This document shows positions 8,881 through 16,242 of a DNA stretch of 32,000 nucleotides, one piece after another. Made by a program: the position numbers and the translations under genes. Under the pieces are notes generated by a model. The model ran no database searches. It had not been told where the DNA came from and was given only the letters and a program-made list of their open reading frames with translations. Positions within the stretch are counted from its first letter, which is position 1. Each line of letters starts with the position of its first letter. The stretch comes from Nitratidesulfovibrio vulgaris str. Hildenborough (GTDB lineage: Bacteria; Desulfobacterota; Desulfovibrionia; Desulfovibrionales; Desulfovibrionaceae): the NCBI RefSeq assembly GCF_000195755.1, contig NC_002937.3, positions 2,220,001 through 2,252,000 of the forward strand, in the 5' to 3' direction.

Positions 8881-10620
8881 CTATATCTTCGCCGTGATCT
8901 CGGGGAACACGATGTAGAACATGACGTAGGCCATGGCCAGCGTCAGTACGAGGTTGAAGCTCTGCCCGGCCACGTACAGGATGAGCGGCTTGCCGCCCTT
9001 GAAGTAGTGCGCAAGTTCCCGGAAGTTCGTGGCCAGACCGATGGACGTGAACGCAAGGCAGAAGAACCAGTTGCGCAGCGGCGACGACAGGCCCTTCAGA
9101 ACACCCTGGTTGACCATGATCTGGCTCATGTCGGAACCGAGGCTGCCGGATATGACCGAGAAGAGAACCGAAGCGGCAAGGAAGCCCAACACGAACTTGG
9201 GGAAGCGGTGCCAGATTTCGATCCAGCCCACGCTGTGCCCTTCCCTGCATTCCACACGGGCGCACCAGTACACGGCCACACCGAAGGCGACCACGCCGAT
9301 GAGCACGTTCTGGATCATCTTGATGGTGGCGGCCACGTACAGGGCCTTCTCACCGAGGAACGCCCCGGCGGCAGCCACCGCACCCGTGGCGTCGATGGTT
9401 CCGCCCATCCACGCCCCCCCAAGAACCTGCGGCATACCCACGGCCTTGATGAAGGCGGGCATGGCGATCATCATGATGGCGGTGAACACCAGCGACAGAC
9501 CGATTGCAAGGGTGAGTTCCTCCTTCTTGGCACGGCAGGCGGCCGCCGTGGCGATGGCAGCGGAGGTGCCGCACACCGACATGTCGGAGGAGATGACGAT
9601 ATTGAGCGTCTTGGAAGGCATCTTGAGAATCTTCTGCCCGAAGATGAAGGTGCAGATGAGCACGATGGGGGTGACCACCCACGCCACGAAGATGCCGGGA
9701 ATGCCGATGGCGATGATCTTGTCGAACAGCACCTCCGCACCCAGCAGCACGAGACCGGTCTTGATGTAGTATTCGACCTGAAGGGCGGGCTTGATGAAAC
9801 TCGGTGTTCCCACGGTGTTGGCGACCAGCATCCCGATGATGATGGCCCATGCCTCGGCACCGATGCCCCAGTACTTCATGGTGCTCTGATGCCCCATCAT
9901 GAGTGCCAGCACCGCCACGAAGAACACACCGATGAATCCCACGAGGAACTTGGGCACATCATGGCCCATGAACTTCATGCCCACGGCGAAGAACAGCCCG
10001 AGGGCGACCATGAGCATGGGCAGTGATGTGGCGATGTTGAACGGCTTGGTCTTCGTCTTCTTCTCAGCAGCCTTCATCTTGGCATGCTCGGCACGCCATT
10101 CGGCAATCTTCGCCTGCGCTTCGGTGTTGAGCGCGGCATCGGCGAATGCTGCCCCTGCTGCTGCGGCCTCTGCGGCTTGCGCAGCCGCCAGTGCGGCATC
10201 CGACTTGACCTTGGCAGACTCGAACTTGGCCTTGGCAGCCGCGTTACGCTCGTCGGCAGCCTCCTTGGAAAGCACGAAGGCTTCGAGAGGGTCGGACGCC
10301 CAGGCACCGGGTGTCGTCAGGAAAGCACCTATAGCCTTACCCGATGGAGTATCCATCCCCTGGAGCTTCCCCTTGTCGTCCTGCGCCTTGTAGTAGGCTA
10401 GGGTCTTGAAGGGGGCACGCGCAGCCTCTGCAGCCATCACACCGTTGGCCTTATCCACCTTCTGGGCGAATTCGGGGGACGGGTTGGCGAGAAACAGCCA
10501 CATCCCCGCAATAAGGATGACGAATCCGAGCCAGATGGCCCAGTAATCCTCCTTGGTCCACAGGTCGGACAGCTTCGTCTGCCCCTGGTCGACAACGACA
10601 TTGCTTTCATTCTCAGCCAT
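8881..10620 (-). CDS. YeiH/UPF0324-family (putative sulfate-exporter family) membrane transporter with about 190-aa N-terminal extension
   Basis: AAGGAGG RBS. The polytopic C-terminal about 390 aa contains the family-typical SSDMSVCGTSAAIATAAAC segment. The N-terminus has one TM helix followed by an Ala/Lys/Glu-rich predicted helical region. Confidence 0.75.
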   Translation of the reverse strand: MAENESNVVVDQGQTKLSDLWTKEDYWAIWLGFVILIAGMWLFLANPSPEFAQKVDKANGVMAAEAARAPFKTLAYYKAQDDKGKLQGMDTPSGKAIGAFLTTPGAWASDPLEAFVLSKEAADERNAAAKAKFESAKVKSDAALAAAQAAEAAAAGAAFADAALNTEAQAKIAEWRAEHAKMKAAEKKTKTKPFNIATSLPMLMVALGLFFAVGMKFMGHDVPKFLVGFIGVFFVAVLALMMGHQSTMKYWGIGAEAWAIIIGMLVANTVGTPSFIKPALQVEYYIKTGLVLLGAEVLFDKIIAIGIPGIFVAWVVTPIVLICTFIFGQKILKMPSKTLNIVISSDMSVCGTSAAIATAAACRAKKEELTLAIGLSLVFTAIMMIAMPAFIKAVGMPQVLGGAWMGGTIDATGAVAAAGAFLGEKALYVAATIKMIQNVLIGVVAFGVAVYWCARVECREGHSVGWIEIWHRFPKFVLGFLAASVLFSVISGSLGSDMSQIMVNQGVLKGLSSPLRNWFFCLAFTSIGLATNFRELAHYFKGGKPLILYVAGQSFNLVLTLAMAYVMFYIVFPEITAKI

Positions 10621-10755
10621 TGCTCCCTCCTTGCGTGAATGTGGCGCAACAACGCGTCACGTTTTCTTTTTCACGAGCAAGAAGCGTGCAATGGCACACC
10701 ATTCATGATATGCTTTTCATTATAGCATGTTAAGCATGCACACAGGGGAGAGACG

Positions 10756-10815
10756 TGCAAACTTCAATTTGCAGTGCAAACCTGACATTGCATGGATTGC
10801 AAACTTTTATTTGCA
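10756..10815. promoter_or_regulatory. Array of three 18-bp palindromic operator-like sites, TGCAAA-N6-TTTGCA
   Basis: 10756-10773 TGCAAACTTCAATTTGCA (perfect). 10775-10792 TGCAAACCTGACATTGCA (1 mismatch). 10798-10815 TGCAAACTTTTATTTGCA (perfect). They sit in an AT-rich stretch 136-195 bp upstream of the YeiH-like ATG. Confidence 0.6.
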
Positions 10816-11339
10816 CCAAAAATCATAAAATATCAGACGATTATGGTTCACATTGCCGCACAGAACCCACTTGCGGGTGCTAGAAACCGCCCGACATCCA
10901 CCCTTGTTCCTCTCATCACAATCGAGCCAGAATGACCGACACTCATGTATAGGTCATCACCACATCTCACCCCCCCTTCTCTGTACGCCTGAACGCCCAT
11001 GCCACACCCCCATATCGACGCCTCCCACACACGACAAAGCTTTACCACGGGATGAGAACGACGCTCTTGCCCCGGTGAACACGCATCCCCAAAAAACATG
11101 GGGAAGCGTCCCTGACTCCTCCTGCCCTTTGCCGCCCCCGCACATGCCACGGAGAAGCGCGTCTCCTCGACCTCGCGCAATGAACGCCCTGTCCTCTGGA
11201 CGTATGGGCGGTCAGCGACCACACATACGGGATGTAGCGTCGGGAACAACCTGCCGGATATAGCGGATGCGTACGATTCTTGCTTTCACTCTGCCAGACC
11301 CTCAACGCGGCAATCATTGCCGTATTCCAAGGAGGCGGC

Positions 11340-11891
11340 ATGGAAATCTCCGGTCTGGAATCCATCATGGCGACCCGTTCGGTCGCAGCGTCATTCGCAC
11401 GGCAGGAACAAGAGTCGCAACAGGTGGCATCACGCGGCACACAGGGTGACACCGTGAGCATCTCCTCCGAAGCGAAACGCCTGTACGAGCGTTTCCGCGA
11501 CCTGCAAACCGAAAGTGCGGGAACGAACTCGCAGGGAAGCGCGTCATCGGACTCGGCATCGAACACGGCGAACGGTCAGACGGCAGGTGACGGCAAGACC
11601 GACACCGTCGCATCCGGTCCGTCGGGTTCATCCGGCGCGTCCGGGAATGCGGAAGCCGCAGGCAATACAGGTGGCACGGGCTCGGGTGAGGGGCTTGCCA
11701 AGCAGATCGAGAACATCAAGAAACAGATCAAGGAACTCCAGAACAGGGTGAAGCAGATCATGGACAGCCCGTTGCCCGCCGAGCAGAAGCAGACTGTGGC
11801 GGCTCCTTACCTGCAACAGATACAGGAGCTTGAACAACAGTTGCAGCAACTGGAGGCCGACGCGGCAAAACAGGGCAGTGGCGACGCCTGA
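11340..11891 (+). CDS. FlxA-like coiled-coil / low-complexity protein
   Basis: AAGGAGG at 11329-11335 precedes the ATG at 11340; the ORF track start at 11280 is unlikely. It has a Gly/Ser/Ala-rich middle. The C-terminal KKQIKELQNRVKQIMDSPLPAEQKQ...YLQQIQELEQQLQQLE resembles the FlxA-like family repeat pattern. The N-terminal GDTVSISSEAKRL motif is also seen in FlgM-like proteins. Confidence 0.5.
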   Translation: MEISGLESIMATRSVAASFARQEQESQQVASRGTQGDTVSISSEAKRLYERFRDLQTESAGTNSQGSASSDSASNTANGQTAGDGKTDTVASGPSGSSGASGNAEAAGNTGGTGSGEGLAKQIENIKKQIKELQNRVKQIMDSPLPAEQKQTVAAPYLQQIQELEQQLQQLEADAAKQGSGDA

Positions 11892-11968
11892 CAAGGGACA
11901 CACGCACGGCGGATTGAGGCCACCCTCGCACCGACTCCACGAAAAAGCGTTGCGCGGCAGGGCGCTCC

Positions 11969-13150
11969 ATGCCATTCTCCGGCAGCGTCAGTCCCTTATG
12001 TCTGGCGCAACAGGATGGCAGGTCGACCATGTTTCTGTTCAGAAGATTCCGCCGCAGGACACAGCCCACACCAGCCGACGCCATGACGCATGGCGAGACG
12101 GCTGAATTGGGCATCCAAGGCGATGGCACGACGTCTCCGGCAGGCGATGCCGACGTGCGTGAAGCCGGTGCGGTGCATCAATCTGCCAAAACCCGCAGCA
12201 ATAACATTACGGCGAGTCTGAAGACGCACGACGCTCGCGCGCCCCATCAGCCCCACGAAGACGGCAATGGCGGGTCGATGCGGGATGCTGCCAACCTGAA
12301 CGCCATGGCCGTCGACAATAGCCCCCCCGACGATGGCACACCTGACAGTGACCCCACTGACAGTGCCGACGCAAGAACGAAAACCGCGTGTGAGCCAGCC
12401 TCGGCAGACACCTCTGCCCTCTGTCCCGTGTTGCTGTCCCCGGAAGAGGTCGCCTTCCTGTTTGGCGGCACTGAAGCGGCAACGCAACGCTCGCCGGAAT
12501 ATCGCGACTTTCTGCTGCGCCTGCATGGTCTGCTGCGCAACGCCATTCCGTCTTCGTTGCGCGGGTATATGCTGCTCGCCTTCAGCCTTGGCATTCTCCC
12601 CGTACTGGGCAACCAGATGCAGCGGGCGACCTTTCCGCTGTGGTTCAATGTGCTGCTGTGGCTCACGGGCATCTTCGCAAGCGCGTGGCTGCTGCACAAA
12701 GGAAACGGCGAGTGCGTCAAGCGCCTGGCCCGTGACATCCACGCCCACCGGGTTCCGTCCTTCGACACCCTTCGTGGCTGCGTCCATGCCGTGGCTGCCT
12801 GCGCCATCGCCATGCCGAGTCCGGCGCTGACCCTCTTCGGCTGCGTCCTGCTGCTGCCACCCGTGTCGCGAAGCCTTGCCATCACCCTGTTGAACCGGGT
12901 GCGAGAGGCCGACCTTGGAGATGGGGAAGCCGAAGGCGAAGCCCAAAACGATGGCCCAGCGACAGGCGAAGATGAACCTATCGAAGGTTCCATGTCCGCC
13001 CCTGATGAAGAGGCCGGAGGCCACGGTCAGGGTACGCTCGGTCAGCGTGACCGTAGCCAGCGTGACCGTAGCCAGCATGACCGGACGGAAGGTGCCTCGC
13101 CCCCACCACACCCCGAAGCTTCTGACAAGGCGTCCGTCCCCGTTCCATAG
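11969..13150 (+). CDS. FxsA-like membrane protein with long N-terminal extension
   Basis: Three hydrophobic segments. The signature FGCVLLLPPVSRSL matches the FxsA GLLLLLPPV motif. A charged RDRSQRDRSQHDR tail resembles the FxsA C-terminus. The start is uncertain: 11969, 12029 or 12095. Confidence 0.5.
   Translation: MPFSGSVSPLCLAQQDGRSTMFLFRRFRRRTQPTPADAMTHGETAELGIQGDGTTSPAGDADVREAGAVHQSAKTRSNNITASLKTHDARAPHQPHEDGNGGSMRDAANLNAMAVDNSPPDDGTPDSDPTDSADARTKTACEPASADTSALCPVLLSPEEVAFLFGGTEAATQRSPEYRDFLLRLHGLLRNAIPSSLRGYMLLAFSLGILPVLGNQMQRATFPLWFNVLLWLTGIFASAWLLHKGNGECVKRLARDIHAHRVPSFDTLRGCVHAVAACAIAMPSPALTLFGCVLLLPPVSRSLAITLLNRVREADLGDGEAEGEAQNDGPATGEDEPIEGSMSAPDEEAGGHGQGTLGQRDRSQRDRSQHDRTEGASPPPHPEASDKASVPVP
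13046..13083. repeat. 15-bp tandem repeat (CGTGACCGTAGCCAG x2 plus a partial copy) inside the FxsA-like CDS
   Basis: Direct reading: 13046-13060 and 13061-13075 are identical, followed by a partial copy. It encodes RDRSQ-RDRSQ-HDR. Confidence 0.7.
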
Positions 13151-13370
13151 GCGCACCACCTGCTGCCCACGCCAGTCACGCTGGCACGCAGACACGCCAG
13201 TCACACCGGGCACCCCGGTCTCCCTCCACGTCTGCCCCGCCTCCCGCGACGGGAAAACCCCGGCGGACGTCTCGTGACACCACTCCGGGGTTCCCATGAC
13301 AACCTCGATGGACTGTATGAAAGGCAGCTTGGGGCGGAACACCTCGCAACCCTTTTCCGACGTGTCCGAC

Positions 13371-15446
13371 CTAACCCAAGGCCTGCCGCACCGCCGCAGG
13401 AAGCGAACCAAGGTCGGGGCAGACAGCGATGCCCGCATCGCAAAGGGCGCGCACCTTGCCGGCAATGCCCCCGTCCGCCTCGTCGAGGATAGCCCCGGCA
13501 TGCCCAAGCCTGCGCCCGGGGGGCGCGGTGCGCCCCGCCACGAAGCTGACCACGGGTTTGGGAAAAGCGGTTTCGCGCACCCACGCAGCCAGTTCCTCTT
13601 CTGCCGTTCCGCCGACTTCACCGAGAACAAGCACCCCTTGCGTCGCCTCGTCATCGCGCACCAGTTCACACAGGCTGACGAAATCGGAACCGATGTACGG
13701 GTCGCCCCCCACCCCGGCGCACAGGGACTGACCGATACCCGCCGCAGAGAGTCGCGCCGCCGCCTCATACGTCAGCGTGCCCGAACGGGAGAATACGGCC
13801 AGTGGCCCGGGAGAGAAGACATTGCCGGGCATGATGCCCACCTTGCACGCACCGGGAACGATGATGCCCGGCGTGTTCGGCCCGATGATGCGGGTGCGTG
13901 CGCCACGTGCCACGCGCAAGGCGCGCAGCATGTCCTTCTGGGGAATGCCCTCGGTGATGCACACCGCCCACGGTATTCCCTCTGCCACCGCCTCCAGCAG
14001 CGAATCGGCGGCGAACGCGGCGGGTACGAACAGGATGGTGGCATCGATGTCGTGCTGACGGCACGCCTCGTGGACGGAGTCGTACACCGGCACGCCCTGC
14101 GTCACCTGCCCGCCTTTGAAGGGCGTCACGCCCGCCACGATGTTCGTGCCGTAGTCGAGCATGAGTCGCGTATGCAACTGCGCCGACCGCCCCGTGATGC
14201 CCTGCACCAGCACCCGCGCCCCCTTGCCGAGATGCGGCGTGCCGCGCCGGGTGCCCGCTGCCCCGCCGTGAATCCGGGGGACGGGCTTTTCGGTACCGGG
14301 CGTGAACACGATGTCGGGGGCATCGGCGGGACGCAGGTGGCGCAGCAGGTCGAGGGCGTGGTCGATGTCACGGGCCACATGCACATCGGGGTGCGCCCGC
14401 CGTTCAAGCAGTTGTCGCCCCTCCGCCGCCTCGAACCCATCCATGCGGACGACCACGGGCTTGGCGGCGCGCCCGTCGCCAAGGGCCTCGACAAGGGCAC
14501 CAGCCACGGCAGCGCACGAGACGATGCCGCCGAAGAGGTTCACGCACACCACGCGCACCTGCGGGTTGCCGAACAGCAGTTCAAGGGCCCGCCGCATACG
14601 CGGCACGTCGGCGGCACCGCCAAGGTCCATGAAGTTGGCAGCTGCAAGACCCGAGAAATTCAGAAGATCCATGGTCGCCATGGCAAGCCCGGCACCATTG
14701 ACCAGCAGCCCCACCCAGCCCTTCAGTTCCACATAGCTGAGACCCGCCTCACGCGCCGCGTTCTCTTCCGGGGCGAGATGTTCCGGGGTGTGGAAGCGCA
14801 AGAGGTCGGGGCGTATATCCACCACGTTGTCATCGACCTCCACCTTGCCATCCAGTGCCAGCCAGCGCCCGTCACCAGTCAGGACAAGCGGATTGACCTC
14901 CGCCAGAAGCAGCCCGTAGTCCCGTACCGCCCCATGCAGTCGGAGGACGAACTCGCGAAACCCCGCCCAGTGTTCACGCCCGACGCCGATGCAGAAGAAG
15001 GCCGACCGTATCACGTGTTCCGGCATCTCTCCGGTCAGGGGCACGGCGCACACAAGGGCACCCTGCCCCGACTCGACCTCCACCCCGCCGCTACCGCTGG
15101 CAGTGAACAGCAGTTCACGCCGTTTCCGGGAGACCATGAACGAGACATAGCATTCGCGGGCGATGGCGGTGGCGGGCTCGATGCGCACGAACGGCACGGC
15201 ATGACCGCCGATACGCATACCGAGGATGTCTTTCGCCACGTCACGCAAGCCTGCGAGGTCATCGGCGCGCCGGACGCCCCCCGCCTTGCCTCTGCCCCCC
15301 GCCAGCACCTGCGCCTTGACGAACCACGGTGCGTCGAATGGCGGCAGACATCCTTCAATCCCGGCACTGTCGGTCATGATGCCCTGCGGCGTCTCTATCC
15401 CGGCTTCCTCGAACAGTCGCTTGCTCTGGTGCTCGTTCAGAAACAT
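13371..15446 (-). CDS. sucCD: Fused succinyl-CoA synthetase-like protein (SucC ATP-grasp/beta part + SucD CoA-binding/alpha part), ADP-forming acyl-CoA ligase family
   Basis: The N-terminus MFLNEHQSKRLFEEAGI is close to the SucC MNLHEYQAK start. The beta C-terminal motif is VNLFGGIVSC. The alpha part has RVLVQGITGR and the phosphohistidine loop GHAGAI. I chose the start at 15446 by alignment with the SucC N-terminus; the ORF track start is 15500. Confidence 0.85.
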   Translation of the reverse strand: MFLNEHQSKRLFEEAGIETPQGIMTDSAGIEGCLPPFDAPWFVKAQVLAGGRGKAGGVRRADDLAGLRDVAKDILGMRIGGHAVPFVRIEPATAIARECYVSFMVSRKRRELLFTASGSGGVEVESGQGALVCAVPLTGEMPEHVIRSAFFCIGVGREHWAGFREFVLRLHGAVRDYGLLLAEVNPLVLTGDGRWLALDGKVEVDDNVVDIRPDLLRFHTPEHLAPEENAAREAGLSYVELKGWVGLLVNGAGLAMATMDLLNFSGLAAANFMDLGGAADVPRMRRALELLFGNPQVRVVCVNLFGGIVSCAAVAGALVEALGDGRAAKPVVVRMDGFEAAEGRQLLERRAHPDVHVARDIDHALDLLRHLRPADAPDIVFTPGTEKPVPRIHGGAAGTRRGTPHLGKGARVLVQGITGRSAQLHTRLMLDYGTNIVAGVTPFKGGQVTQGVPVYDSVHEACRQHDIDATILFVPAAFAADSLLEAVAEGIPWAVCITEGIPQKDMLRALRVARGARTRIIGPNTPGIIVPGACKVGIMPGNVFSPGPLAVFSRSGTLTYEAAARLSAAGIGQSLCAGVGGDPYIGSDFVSLCELVRDDEATQGVLVLGEVGGTAEEELAAWVRETAFPKPVVSFVAGRTAPPGRRLGHAGAILDEADGGIAGKVRALCDAGIAVCPDLGSLPAAVRQALG

Positions 15447-15536
15447 GGTGAGTCCTGTTGGATTGGGGGTGGCGAAGGCGATGACGGAGCGCACAAACAA
15501 GAAGCGCCGCCCCGTTTCCGGAGCGGCGCAGTGGCA

Positions 15537-16190
15537 TCAGTAGCCGGCGTCCTCGTTGATGAGGATGACGTGCACCCTCCCCGACGGGAAGCATTTCTCG
15601 GTGATCGTCCACACGTTGCAGATACGGTCGGGGCTCTTGCAGTCCATACACTGGGCCGTCTTCTTGCACGGCGTCTTCTTGTCGAGACGGATGGCGTTGA
15701 CGGGCGAGGCATACTCCTTGATGCGGCGCATGCCGTCCTCGACCGTATCCACCACCTTGTTGCGCCCCACGAAGAGCACCACGTTGCGCGGCCCGAAGTT
15801 GATGGCACCCACGCGGTTGCCGATCATGTCGAGATTGATGAGCTTTCCGTCCATGGTCACGGCATTGGTGCCGGTGAGGAACATGTCGACCAGCAGCGAC
15901 TGCCGTCTGCGTTCGTACATCTCGGCAGCGGAAAGGTTCTTGTCGAAGGTGTCGAGCAGTTGCAGGTCGGCACGCTGGCGCAGGGCTTCGGGCACCCCGC
16001 ACTTCACCAGCGTCATGGAACCACCGAACGAGACGGACGACGCACCGGAGGCTGGCAGCAGGTCGTCAAGGAACACGCGCCCCGCCTCTTCGCAACTGTC
16101 GACGAGGGAGACGGCGAAATTGTTGGCGCGAAGCGATTCGGCCACTTCGGTGAGGCGCAAACGCCAGTAGGTATCGATGGGTGTGCTCAT
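15537..16190 (-). CDS. LUD-domain (DUF162, LutC/YkgG-like) protein
   Basis: GGAGAG RBS lies before the ATG at 16190 (MSTPIDTYW...). It has family-like segments VSFGGSMT, FLTGTNAVTMDGKLIN and NVVLFVGRNKVV, and a C-terminal Cys-rich CKKTAQCMDC...C. The longer ORF from 16388 was rejected. Confidence 0.65.
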   Translation of the reverse strand: MSTPIDTYWRLRLTEVAESLRANNFAVSLVDSCEEAGRVFLDDLLPASGASSVSFGGSMTLVKCGVPEALRQRADLQLLDTFDKNLSAAEMYERRRQSLLVDMFLTGTNAVTMDGKLINLDMIGNRVGAINFGPRNVVLFVGRNKVVDTVEDGMRRIKEYASPVNAIRLDKKTPCKKTAQCMDCKSPDRICNVWTITEKCFPSGRVHVILINEDAGY

Positions 16191-16242
16191 GGCTTGCTCT
16201 CCGGGGTCTTCGGGTGACGCATCGACCTTGTGCGGCACGGCA

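Noticed and set aside
8845-10026. 393-aa plus-strand ORF
   Set aside because: It is antisense to the YeiH-family transporter. The translation is rich in His/Asp/Gly/Glu and does not look protein-like.
10702-10718. TGGCAC hexamers as sigma54 -24 elements (here; also 13182-13187 and 25717-25722)
   Set aside because: None is followed by TTGC at the required N5 spacing, so they are probably chance occurrences in GC-rich DNA.
11996-13768. 590-aa ORF on the minus strand
   Set aside because: It is antisense to the FxsA-like gene and runs into sucCD. The composition is Arg/Gly/Cys-rich and low-complexity. There is no RBS and no motifs.
13296-16217. Very long ORF (973 aa, plus strand)
   Set aside because: It lies antisense to the well-supported sucCD and LUD-domain genes. 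The translation is Arg/Gly/His/Ala-rich with no recognisable motifs. This is a typical shadow ORF of a high-GC genome.
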